64,000 nt of DNA, from assembly GCA_041650695.1 (NCBI GenBank), contig JBAZKS010000008.1:6080-70079 (forward strand). Direction: 5' to 3'. The translations under genes and the position numbers were made by a program. This document shows positions 35,528 through 43,939 of this stretch, one piece after another. Origin of the DNA: Elusimicrobiota bacterium (GTDB lineage: Bacteria; Elusimicrobiota; Elusimicrobia; UBA1565). Numbering within the stretch: position 1 is the stretch's first letter; every line of letters begins with the position of its first letter. The notes below the pieces were generated by a model that ran no database searches, was not told the origin of the DNA, and saw only the letters and a program-made list of their open reading frames with translations.

Positions 35528-36987
35528 ACGGACCCACGCCCCCGCTCTCCCTGGAGGAGCTTAAGACCGAGTTCTCGTCCTACTCGCCGCACGTGGACTC
35601 GGCCCTGCTGGAGAAGGCCTACGATTTCGCGAAGTCCGCGCACTCCCACCAGGAACGCGCCTCCGGAGAGCCCCACTTCACGCACTGCCTGGCCGTGGCC
35701 CGTTCCCTGCTGGCATTCAAGCTCGACCTCCCCACCATCTGCGCGGGCCTGCTGCACGACGTAGTCGAGGACACTTCCGTCACCCCGGAAGACCTCGCGC
35801 GGGAGTTCGGGCCCGAGATCACCCAGCTGGTCGAGGGGGTCACGAAGCTCGAGACCATCAAGTTCAACACGCGCGACGAAGCCCAGGCTGAGAACTGGCG
35901 CAAGATGCTCCTGGCCACGGCCCAGGACATCCGCGTCATCCTCATCAAGCTCGCGGACCGCCACCACAACATGACCACGCTGAGCTATCTCCCCCCGGAG
36001 CGCCAGCAGCGCATCGCCCAGGAGACCCTCTCCCTCTACGCCCCGCTCGCGCACCGTCTAGGCATGTTCCAGCTCAAGGGGGAGCTCGAGGACCTCGCCT
36101 TCATGCGCCTGAACCCGGCGGAGTACGGCGCCCTGCGCTCCCAGGTGGAAACGCTCAACTCCAGCCGCGAGGGGTCCTTGGTGCAGTTCCGGGAGACGCT
36201 GGAGAAGAAGATCGCCGCCGCCGACATCCCCTATCGCCTGCTGACGCGTTCGAAGAGCCTCTACTCCATCTACCAGAAGATGCAGCGGCAGAACAAGCCC
36301 TTCGAGGAGATACAGGACACGCTCGGGGTGCGCATCATCACGGACACCGTGGCCAACTGCTACGCGCTGCTGGGGATGGTGCATTCGGAGTTCAAGCCCG
36401 TGGCCGGCTCCTTCACCGACTACATCTCGGTCCCCAAGGTGAATCTCTACCAAAGCCTGCACACGAGCGTCATGAGCCCCCGGGGAGACCTCATCGAGAT
36501 CCAGATCCGCACGAAGGAGATGCACCGGACCGCCGAGTTCGGCATCGCGGCGCACTGGCGCTACAAGCTCGACGAACACGCCCCGGACCTGCACCTGGAG
36601 GAAAAGCTCAACTGGCTCCGGCAATGGATCGAGTGGCTCCAAGACCTCAAGAGCCCCCGGGAGTTCCTGGAGAGCCTGAAGACGGACCTGGAACTGCACC
36701 AGGTCTTCGTCTTTACCCCGCTGGGCGAGGTGAAGGCGCTTCCCTCGGGCTCCACGCCCCTGGATTTCGCGTTCGCCGTCCACACCGAGATCGGCATGAC
36801 GTGCGTGGGGGCCAAGGTCAACAACAAGATGGTGCGCCTGGACTACCAGCTCAAATCCGGCGATATCTGCCAGATACTCACCAAGCGCGCCTCCGTGCCG
36901 AAGAAGGACTGGCTCGGCATCGTGCGGACGGCCCGCGCCCGCTCGAAGATACGCCATTTCCTGCGTGAAAAAGGTATAGTCGCATGA
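35524..36987 (+). CDS. RelA/SpoT-family (p)ppGpp synthetase/hydrolase, short form (HD + synthetase + TGS, no ACT)
   Basis: HD motif HDVVEDT, synthetase block RIKSLYSIYQKM...DTLGVRIIT, and TGS (VFVFTPLGEVKALPSGSTPLDFAF). It ends after TGS at 488 aa. ATGA overlap with lpxB. Confidence 0.85.
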   Translation: MNGPTPPLSLEELKTEFSSYSPHVDSALLEKAYDFAKSAHSHQERASGEPHFTHCLAVARSLLAFKLDLPTICAGLLHDVVEDTSVTPEDLAREFGPEITQLVEGVTKLETIKFNTRDEAQAENWRKMLLATAQDIRVILIKLADRHHNMTTLSYLPPERQQRIAQETLSLYAPLAHRLGMFQLKGELEDLAFMRLNPAEYGALRSQVETLNSSREGSLVQFRETLEKKIAAADIPYRLLTRSKSLYSIYQKMQRQNKPFEEIQDTLGVRIITDTVANCYALLGMVHSEFKPVAGSFTDYISVPKVNLYQSLHTSVMSPRGDLIEIQIRTKEMHRTAEFGIAAHWRYKLDEHAPDLHLEEKLNWLRQWIEWLQDLKSPREFLESLKTDLELHQVFVFTPLGEVKALPSGSTPLDFAFAVHTEIGMTCVGAKVNNKMVRLDYQLKSGDICQILTKRASVPKKDWLGIVRTARARSKIRHFLREKGIVA

Positions 36988-36994
36988 GGCTGCC

Positions 36995-37441
36995 ATGACC
37001 GTCACCGAGTTCCTCAGGACCCAGGTCCCGTTCCTCGCGGGCCTCACGGAGGACCAAGCGCTCTACCTGGCCAAGTCCTCCGAGCAGAAGCCTTACCGCT
37101 CGGGCCAGACCATCATCTTCAAGGGAGTGAGCGTGGAGGGCCTGCACATCGTGGCGCAGGGCAAGGTCTCTGTGCACGTGAAGCCCGAGAAGAAGGACTG
37201 GATCAAGGTCGCGGAGCTCGGGCCCGGCGAGGTGTTCGGGGAGACCTCCATCATGGAGTTCGCCATGGCCGGCGCGACCATCAAGAGCATGAAGGACGAC
37301 ACCCTCATCTTCGTCATCCCGCAGGCGACGTTCCGCAAGCTGCTGGCCACGGACCCGGACCTCGAGAAGAGGACGGTCGCCCTCATCGAACAGCGCAAGA
37401 AGTCCCAGACGAAGATGTCGGAAGAGAAGAAAGCGGCCTGA
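36995..37441 (+). CDS. Cyclic nucleotide-binding domain protein
   Basis: 148 aa. cNMP-binding signature GEVFGETSIMEFAMAGATIKSM within a beta-barrel. Confidence 0.7.
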   Translation: MTVTEFLRTQVPFLAGLTEDQALYLAKSSEQKPYRSGQTIIFKGVSVEGLHIVAQGKVSVHVKPEKKDWIKVAELGPGEVFGETSIMEFAMAGATIKSMKDDTLIFVIPQATFRKLLATDPDLEKRTVALIEQRKKSQTKMSEEKKAA

Positions 37442-38777
37442 GGTCCCTCTTCCGGAGATACCCCTCCGGCAAAGCCTCCCTTCGAGCGAAGAGCAGGGCC
37501 TGGCGGTCCCGATAGAGCAGCGCCCAGGCTTCCCGGGGGAAGTACGTCTCGTAAAAGGGCAGGAGCCCCCCCGCCTTCGACGGGACGAGCTGGCCCACGT
37601 GTTCGACTGCGGCGAGCTGGATCCCGTGGCCGTCGAGGAAGGACCGGTAGGCCTCGGGAGAGGCCGCCGCCTCATACATGGGCTTAAGCAGCTCGTGGAA
37701 GATGTAGCGCCCATCCGCGGACACGCGGAAGTCCGGGGACAACCTGTAGCCGAGATATCCGCCCCAACCCCATGGGTTGAAGAGCCTCAGCCCCCGGAGC
37801 TCCGCCGCTTCTCCCTCGATGAAGTCCGTCATGCCCGCGGGGAGCTGACTCGTGTCGACGCAGGAGAAGTCCCGGAACCCCCGCAGCTGGAACACCATGG
37901 CCGGCAAGGCCACCGCCAGCGCGGCTGTCGGGAGCCAACGGACTCGGGCGCGCATCAGCATGGGGACGGCGAGGCAGAGGAAATAGGGGGTCATGCGCAC
38001 GTGCGCCGCCGAAAGCGCTCCGAACAGCGCGGCGACCACGACGTCCCTTGAACGCAAGCGCTTGGCAACGGCGAGCGCCGCCGTCCCCGCGAGTACGATC
38101 CAGAAAGGCCATAGGGAGGATCCCATCCCCGGAGCCTGCCATTCGCGGATATAGGTCCGGAGGATCGGCGCGGCCGCCGCATGATCCCAAAGCACCCCGT
38201 AGAGCCCGACCCCGTAGGGGTTGAGCAGGGTGGCGAGGCACGCCAAGAGTATCGGCTTGGGGCTGCGCCAGCGATAAACCGCCAGCAGAAGCAGGCCATA
38301 GACGAAGCCAAGGTGCATATTGGCCCAAAGCGCGAACATGGCGTAAAGCCAGGGGCTCAGGCGGTCTTCCTCAAGCCTCTTGACGAGGATGAGCAGGAAC
38401 AGGAGCGAGAAATTCTCAGGCCTGAGGTCGTTGGAGTGAGCCAGGGACACCGCCCAAACAAGCACTCCGATGGGGCCGGCCGTCCGCCAGAGGACGGCGG
38501 AGCACCCGGATAGGATCGCGGCTTTAAGAAGCCACAACCCCTTGAAGCCCGAGGCGGAGTGGACCCCGTAGTAGAGAAGCTGGGTCAGCCACTCGAAATC
38601 CAGCCACGGGGTCCCGGCCAGGGTGTGCGAGAGCCAGTCCCGGCGCGGGATCGCGAGGTTCTCGGCCATCCACCGGCCCGCGCTCAAGTGCCAGAAAAGG
38701 TCTGGGTTGGAGAACGGAAGGAGAAAAAGAAGGAACGCGCCAGCGGCGCAAAGAGCCGCCGTCAGCCGTCCCCTCAC
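37383..38777 (-). CDS. Polytopic membrane protein, possible GT-C-like glycosyltransferase (family unassigned)
   Basis: 464 aa with about 10 TM segments and an N-terminal DLFWHLSAGRWMAENLAIP motif. The 3' end overlaps the convergent cNMP-binding gene by 59 nt. Confidence 0.4.
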   Translation of the reverse strand: MRGRLTAALCAAGAFLLFLLPFSNPDLFWHLSAGRWMAENLAIPRRDWLSHTLAGTPWLDFEWLTQLLYYGVHSASGFKGLWLLKAAILSGCSAVLWRTAGPIGVLVWAVSLAHSNDLRPENFSLLFLLILVKRLEEDRLSPWLYAMFALWANMHLGFVYGLLLLAVYRWRSPKPILLACLATLLNPYGVGLYGVLWDHAAAAPILRTYIREWQAPGMGSSLWPFWIVLAGTAALAVAKRLRSRDVVVAALFGALSAAHVRMTPYFLCLAVPMLMRARVRWLPTAALAVALPAMVFQLRGFRDFSCVDTSQLPAGMTDFIEGEAAELRGLRLFNPWGWGGYLGYRLSPDFRVSADGRYIFHELLKPMYEAAASPEAYRSFLDGHGIQLAAVEHVGQLVPSKAGGLLPFYETYFPREAWALLYRDRQALLFARREALPEGYLRKRDLRPLSSLPTSSSGTSCAVR

Positions 38778-38784
38778 TCGTTGT

Positions 38785-38979
38785 CTACCGCGAGGGCCGG
38801 ACAGCCTTGCCGGAACGCAGGCAGGAGGTGCAGACGTAGGCCGTCACGGCCTTCCCGTGGTGGATGACCCGCTGTCTGTGCAGGTTGGGCCGGAACACGC
38901 GCTTCGTCGCCCTATTGGAGTGGCTGTAGCTGAAGCCGGCGACCGGTCCCTTTCCGCAGAAGACGCAATTGTAAGGCAT
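38785..38979 (-). CDS. rpmB: 50S ribosomal protein L28 (zinc-ribbon C+ form)
   Basis: MPYNCVFCGKGPVAGFSYSHSNRATKRVFRPNLHRQRV...YVCTSCLRSGK. The L28 signature is present with both CxxC pairs. Confidence 0.8.
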   Translation of the reverse strand: MPYNCVFCGKGPVAGFSYSHSNRATKRVFRPNLHRQRVIHHGKAVTAYVCTSCLRSGKAVRPSR

Positions 38980-39022
38980 ATCTACGGAGGATGATACCAA
39001 ATATGAGGGCGCGCCTGGCGGT

Positions 39023-39373
39023 CTAGAGTTCCACCAGGAAGCCGACCTCGCTGCCCCGCCGGGTCTCGCCGCTCGTGGTGTTCAGCCGCGCCACGGCGCG
39101 ATGTCTGCCCGTCGCGTAGCCTGACCAATCGTACCACCAATAGCCCTGCGAGGAACGGCAGGGCTGCCACGGGCCGTTGTCCAAGGACACCTCGACCTGC
39201 CCTTCCTCCACCGCTGCGATGCGCAGAGTGTAGTGGTCCGACCGTATCGTTTCCGCTCCGCACGGGAAATCGATCACGACGCAGCCGGGCCTGCGCTCTT
39301 CGGGCTCCGGGGCCTTCGCCGCGACCGCCGCGTACTTCCGCCGGTTATTCCCCTTCACCATCTCGATCTTCAT
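39023..39373 (-). CDS. Hypothetical protein
   Basis: 116-aa ORF with no recognisable family. It is co-directional with rpmB. Confidence 0.3.
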   Translation of the reverse strand: MKIEMVKGNNRRKYAAVAAKAPEPEERRPGCVVIDFPCGAETIRSDHYTLRIAAVEEGQVEVSLDNGPWQPCRSSQGYWWYDWSGYATGRHRAVARLNTTSGETRRGSEVGFLVEL

Positions 39374-39470
39374 GAGATCCTCCTTCGTGCCAGGTCATTC
39401 TATAACCGCCGCAGGCCGCCTTCCTATCGCGGGGATGTAAAACCTTGGTCTCTTTCTTGTGACGGGGCGT

Positions 39471-42400
39471 CTAGGCGGCCAGGGGGAGGGTGAAGCGGAA
39501 GGCGGAGCCCTTGCCCACCGCGCTCTGCGCCCAGACGCGGCCGCCGTGGGCCTCGACGATGGTGCGGATGAGGGCCAGGCCGAGCCCGCTTCCTCCGGGG
39601 GCCATCCGGCGGCCTTGGGCGGTCCGCTGGTAGCGCTGGAAGATCCTCTCCAGGTCTTTTTTCCGCACGCCCACTCCGGTATCGTGCACGGTCACCACCG
39701 CGTAAGCGCCTTTGGCTTCGGCCTGCACGCCGATCCTTCCGCCCGGGCGAGTGTACTGTATCGCGTTCTCCAGGAGGTTGCGGAGCACGAGCTGGGCCTC
39801 CTGCTTGTCCGCCAGGACCTTGATCCCGGGCGAGACCTCGGCCCCCAGCTTGAGCTGCTTCTTCCTGGCCAACGGGGCGATCTCCCGGATGCACGCGCGC
39901 GCGAGACCCGCCACCGCTATCTCGGCCGTCCGGGGACGCTTGCGGCCCGTCGTGTACGCGGCGAGGCGCAGAAGCTTGTCCACCAGGCGCGTCAGCCGGT
40001 CGGCGTGGCGGTCGATCGTCTCCATGAGCCGGCGGTGGTCTTTGGATTCTCCGGTGAAAGACTCCTGGATCTCCTCCACCGCGGCCTTGATGGTCGAGAC
40101 CGGGGTGCGGAACTCGTGCGACACGTTCGCCAGGAACTCCTTCTGCACGGCCTCGCGCTCCCGGAGCAGCCGGGTCTCCTCGGCCTGCTTCCTGTCCGTG
40201 ATATCGTGGAGCAGCGCGAAGACTCCCCGGACCCGGTCCCCGGCTTCCAGGTCCGGCACCAGGGACGCGTCGAAGCAGCCGGTCCCGCCGCGCGGCCGGG
40301 GGATGTCGATCTCGCAGCGGCCGGGTCGGCCGCGCAGAGCCTCCCGGAGGCTCTGCCGCAGAGCCCCGAAGCCTTTGGGGCCCAGCAGGCGCCGGACATG
40401 CCGCCCGATGAGCTCCTCGCGCGGCGATCCGCAGAACTCCTCGCAGCACTTGTTCACGAAGCGGCAGCGGAGGTCGGGGCCCATGTAGGAGATCATCACC
40501 GGCGCGCTGTCGGTGATGGTCTGCAGATCGGCCTCGCTCTTGTGCAGGGCGGCTTGCGCGCGCCTGCCCTCCGCGGCCTCCGCGGTCGCGTCCACGAAGA
40601 CCAGCAGTATCCGCCCCGAGCCCTGGTGCTCGATGCGCCGGGCGTTGAGCTTGAGCGTCCGACTCCCGATCGCGGGAAGTCTGGCCTGGACCCGGAAGCC
40701 GTCGACTTTCCGGCCGGCGGGCAGGACCTCCTCCAAGACCTCGCGCAGCTCCGGAAGATCCCACTGGCCCGCGCCCAGCTCGTAGAGCCGGCGGCCGAGG
40801 GTCTCCCTCGGGCGCGTCTTGAAGAAGTCGTAGAAGGCCCGATTGGCCGTCTCCACCCGGAACTGCCGGTCGAGCACGAGCAGGGGGTCGAAGACGGTGT
40901 CCACGGTCGCGTTCGCGAAGTCCCGCGCGGCCCTGGACTCTGCGTGGGACTTCTTCAGCCCGTCGTTCGCCGCCGCGAGCTCGCGGTTCCGGTTGGCCAG
41001 CTCCTCGTTGACCGTATTGAGCTCCTCGTTGGTGCTCTGCAGCTCCTCCTTCGCGGTCTCGAGCTCCTCATTGGCGCTCTGGAGCTCCTCGTTGCTCGAG
41101 ACCACCTCCTCGTTGGCGGATTGGAGCTCCTCATTGGTCGTCTCGTGCTGCTCGATGATGGATTGAAGATGGTCCCGGCTCTCCTTGAGCTCTTCGCGAA
41201 GCTGGCTGATCCGGCGGGACTCTGGGTCCCTGCCCGCCTGATTTCCCTCGGGAGCGGCGGGGGCGGCCTCCCGGAACAGCACCAGCGCGCACCGCTCCCG
41301 CAGGCCCGGGATCCGTACCGGCGCGACCTCGATGTCCACCCGGCGCCGACGTCCGTCGCCGTGGAGCTCCACTCCTCCTCGCCTTACGGGAGCGCCCTGG
41401 CGGAAGGCTTTCCGCGTCGCCGAGCGTATCTCGGGGAAAAGCCCCTCACGCGCCATGCTGCGCAGGTTCAGGCTCGCCTTGCCCGGGGAAGGCTCGAGGA
41501 ACGGGCTCGTCCGGCCGCGGACCTGCAGGATGTCCAGCCTCTCATCGACGAGCACCGCGGCCGGGGAGAACTGGTCCAGGAGAGCCCGGTCCGTCTCCCG
41601 CTGGAGGTCGGGCTCGCTCCTCGTCTCCGGGGCCGCGGCCCGGGCCGCCGATGGGACGCCGAGCCTTACTGGGACGCGGGCGCCTCCCGGCCTCTTGGCG
41701 TAGATCCTGGCCTTGTCGTCGACGGGCGCGAACATGTCGGAGCGGACTCCGACCGTCTCCGCGGCCCCCAGGACCAGGAAGCCGTGAGGGTTCAAGGCGT
41801 AGTGGAAGACGGCGAACAGCCGCTTCTGGAGCTCCGCTCCCAGGTAGATCAGCACGTTGCGGCAGCTGATGAGGTCGATGTTCGAGAAGGGCGGGTCCAC
41901 GGCGAGGTCCTGCCGCGCGAAGACGCACAGGTCGCGGACCGGTTTCGCGATCCGATACCCCCGAGCCTCCTTCTTGAAGAAGCGACGCAGCCGCTCCTTG
42001 GAGACGTCCGCGGCGATGCTCTCCGGATAGAGTCCCTCCCGGGCCTTGGCCAGAGCCTGTTCGCTGATGTCGGTGGCGAAGATCTGCACAGGGATGCCGG
42101 GAGCCCGGTCTCCAATATACTCCAGCAAGTTCAGAGCTTGGGAGTAGGCCTCCTCGCCCGTGGCGCAGCCCGGGACCCAGATCCTGATGGGATCACGCGG
42201 CGAGCGCTTGCGCAGCAGGTTGGGATAGACCCGCTTCAGGAGCGCCCGGTAGGCGGCGGGCTCCCGGAAGAACCCCGTCACATGGATGAGCATGTCCTTA
42301 AACAGCGCCTCGAGCTCGGAGGGGTCCTTCTCCAGCCTCCCGGCGTAGCGGGCCAGGGAGTCCGTCGGGAGCAGCGCCATGCGCCGCCGGATCCTGCGCA

Positions 42401-43079
42401 GGACCGTGGTCCGCTTGTAGAGGCCGAAATCCACGCCCTTGGCCAGGCGCAGCAGGGCCAGGAGCTTGCGAAGAGCCGGCTCGTCGCTCTCTGTCCCGTC
42501 TTTGCGCAAGCCGGGGCGCCGGCGGATGCGCCCGAGCTCCTGCGCGATCCCTTCGGGGGACAGGACGAAGTCCACGCAGCCGGAGAGGACGGCGGAGCGG
42601 GGCATGCTCGGATGGCCCGCGCTCCCCTCGCTTTGGGCGAAGACGACGCCTCCCTGAGACTTGATCCGCTCCAGCCCCCGCGTCCCGTCCGAACCCTCGC
42701 CGGAAAGGACCACGCCGATGGCCCGGCCGCCCTGGTCGTCCGCCAGAGACGCCAGGAAGACGTCGACGGCGCTCTGCGGCCCCGGCTTCCGGCGGGCAAG
42801 GCGCAGCGCGCCGCCCTGGATCCGCATGTCCCTGTTCGGAGGCAGGATGTAGACGTGGTCCGGCAGCACCCGGGTCCGGCTGCGGGCCTGCGTCACCGGC
42901 ATCCGGGTCGCCTTGGAAAGGATCTCGGTCAGCTGGCTCTCATGCCAGGGCGACAGATGCGGCACGAGGACGAAGGCCATCCCCGGACGGGACGGAAGGG
43001 CTTCCAGGAGCCGCCTGAACGCGTCGAGCCCGCCGGCCGAGGCCCCGACCCCGACGACGGGGAATCCGCGCCTGCTCAT
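39471..43079 (-). CDS. Multidomain sensor: CheB methylesterase, CheR methyltransferase, PAS, heptad coiled coil, PAS x2, HisKA, HATPase_c histidine kinase
   Basis: CheB catalytic domain (VVGVGASAGGLDAFRRLL...), CheR SAM-MTase (IRIWVPGCATGEEAYS), a NEELQSANEEL x6 heptad repeat, H-box LANVSHEFRTPVSTI and the G1/G2 boxes. The start MSRRGFP at 43079 overlaps the regulator stop (ATGA). Confidence 0.85.
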   Translation of the reverse strand: MSRRGFPVVGVGASAGGLDAFRRLLEALPSRPGMAFVLVPHLSPWHESQLTEILSKATRMPVTQARSRTRVLPDHVYILPPNRDMRIQGGALRLARRKPGPQSAVDVFLASLADDQGGRAIGVVLSGEGSDGTRGLERIKSQGGVVFAQSEGSAGHPSMPRSAVLSGCVDFVLSPEGIAQELGRIRRRPGLRKDGTESDEPALRKLLALLRLAKGVDFGLYKRTTVLRRIRRRMALLPTDSLARYAGRLEKDPSELEALFKDMLIHVTGFFREPAAYRALLKRVYPNLLRKRSPRDPIRIWVPGCATGEEAYSQALNLLEYIGDRAPGIPVQIFATDISEQALAKAREGLYPESIAADVSKERLRRFFKKEARGYRIAKPVRDLCVFARQDLAVDPPFSNIDLISCRNVLIYLGAELQKRLFAVFHYALNPHGFLVLGAAETVGVRSDMFAPVDDKARIYAKRPGGARVPVRLGVPSAARAAAPETRSEPDLQRETDRALLDQFSPAAVLVDERLDILQVRGRTSPFLEPSPGKASLNLRSMAREGLFPEIRSATRKAFRQGAPVRRGGVELHGDGRRRRVDIEVAPVRIPGLRERCALVLFREAAPAAPEGNQAGRDPESRRISQLREELKESRDHLQSIIEQHETTNEELQSANEEVVSSNEELQSANEELETAKEELQSTNEELNTVNEELANRNRELAAANDGLKKSHAESRAARDFANATVDTVFDPLLVLDRQFRVETANRAFYDFFKTRPRETLGRRLYELGAGQWDLPELREVLEEVLPAGRKVDGFRVQARLPAIGSRTLKLNARRIEHQGSGRILLVFVDATAEAAEGRRAQAALHKSEADLQTITDSAPVMISYMGPDLRCRFVNKCCEEFCGSPREELIGRHVRRLLGPKGFGALRQSLREALRGRPGRCEIDIPRPRGGTGCFDASLVPDLEAGDRVRGVFALLHDITDRKQAEETRLLREREAVQKEFLANVSHEFRTPVSTIKAAVEEIQESFTGESKDHRRLMETIDRHADRLTRLVDKLLRLAAYTTGRKRPRTAEIAVAGLARACIREIAPLARKKQLKLGAEVSPGIKVLADKQEAQLVLRNLLENAIQYTRPGGRIGVQAEAKGAYAVVTVHDTGVGVRKKDLERIFQRYQRTAQGRRMAPGGSGLGLALIRTIVEAHGGRVWAQSAVGKGSAFRFTLPLAA

Positions 43080-43768
43080 GCCGCGATGAACCGGTAGCCC
43101 ATCTTCTTCACGGTCTTGATCCTGCGGCCCTCGGCCCCCAGCTTGCCCCTGAGCCGCGCGATGTGCTGGTCCACGGTCCGGGTGTTGAGCTCCCCGGCGC
43201 ACGCGTGCCCCCAGACCTGCTCGAGCAGCTTCACGCGGCTGACGACCTCTCCCTTGGCATCCACGAGCTGCTTGAGGAGCTGGGCCTCCTTGGGGGTGAG
43301 CTCCCGCAGCCGGCCCCCCACCCGGAACTCGTGCCTGCGGAAGTCCAATCGGAGACTGCCGGCCGCGATCTCGCGCCTGCGCTCGACCGGCGGCCGGGCG
43401 GTCTTTCTCAGGCGCAGCTCGACTCGGGCGGCCAGCTCCCTCATGGAGAAGGGCTTGGTGACGTAGTCGTCGCCGCCCAGCTTGAGGCCGAGCACCCGGT
43501 CCATCTCGCTCTTGCGCGCGGTCAGGAAGATGATCGGCGCCTCCGAGACCTTGCGCAGCTCCCGGGCCATATCCAAGCCGTCCATCCTCGGGAGCATGAT
43601 GTCGAGCACGACGAGATCGGGCCGGTGCTTGCGGAAGGCCGCCAGGCCCGCCTCCGCGGACCTCGCGGACACGACCCGGTAGCCCTCGGCCCGGAACCGC
43701 CGGCGCAGCAGGTCGAGGAGGTCGCCCTCATCCTCCACGACCAGGAGCGTCCCTTTCTTGACGTCCAT
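43076..43768 (-). CDS. OmpR-family two-component response regulator
   Basis: Receiver (LLVVEDEGDL...DLVVLDIMLPRMDG...KP) plus winged-helix trans_reg_C (VDQHIARLRGKL...GYRF). Confidence 0.9.
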   Translation of the reverse strand: MDVKKGTLLVVEDEGDLLDLLRRRFRAEGYRVVSARSAEAGLAAFRKHRPDLVVLDIMLPRMDGLDMARELRKVSEAPIIFLTARKSEMDRVLGLKLGGDDYVTKPFSMRELAARVELRLRKTARPPVERRREIAAGSLRLDFRRHEFRVGGRLRELTPKEAQLLKQLVDAKGEVVSRVKLLEQVWGHACAGELNTRTVDQHIARLRGKLGAEGRRIKTVKKMGYRFIAA

Positions 43769-43939
43769 GCCGACATGTTAGCACATAGCGGTCCGTCCCG
43801 CGGACGGCGTCACGGGAATGTTACATGGCTCCGCTTCCCGACGGAGACGCGGGCGAGGACGACGGCGCGGGGAATTTACCCCCAGCCGATAGCAACCGCG
43901 GGACGGCGGGAATAAACTATATGGGGTCCTTTCGCCGCC

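Noticed and set aside
39459-43097. 1212-aa plus-strand ORF
   Set aside because: It is the antisense shadow of the CheB-CheR-PAS-HK gene, with no motifs and biased composition.
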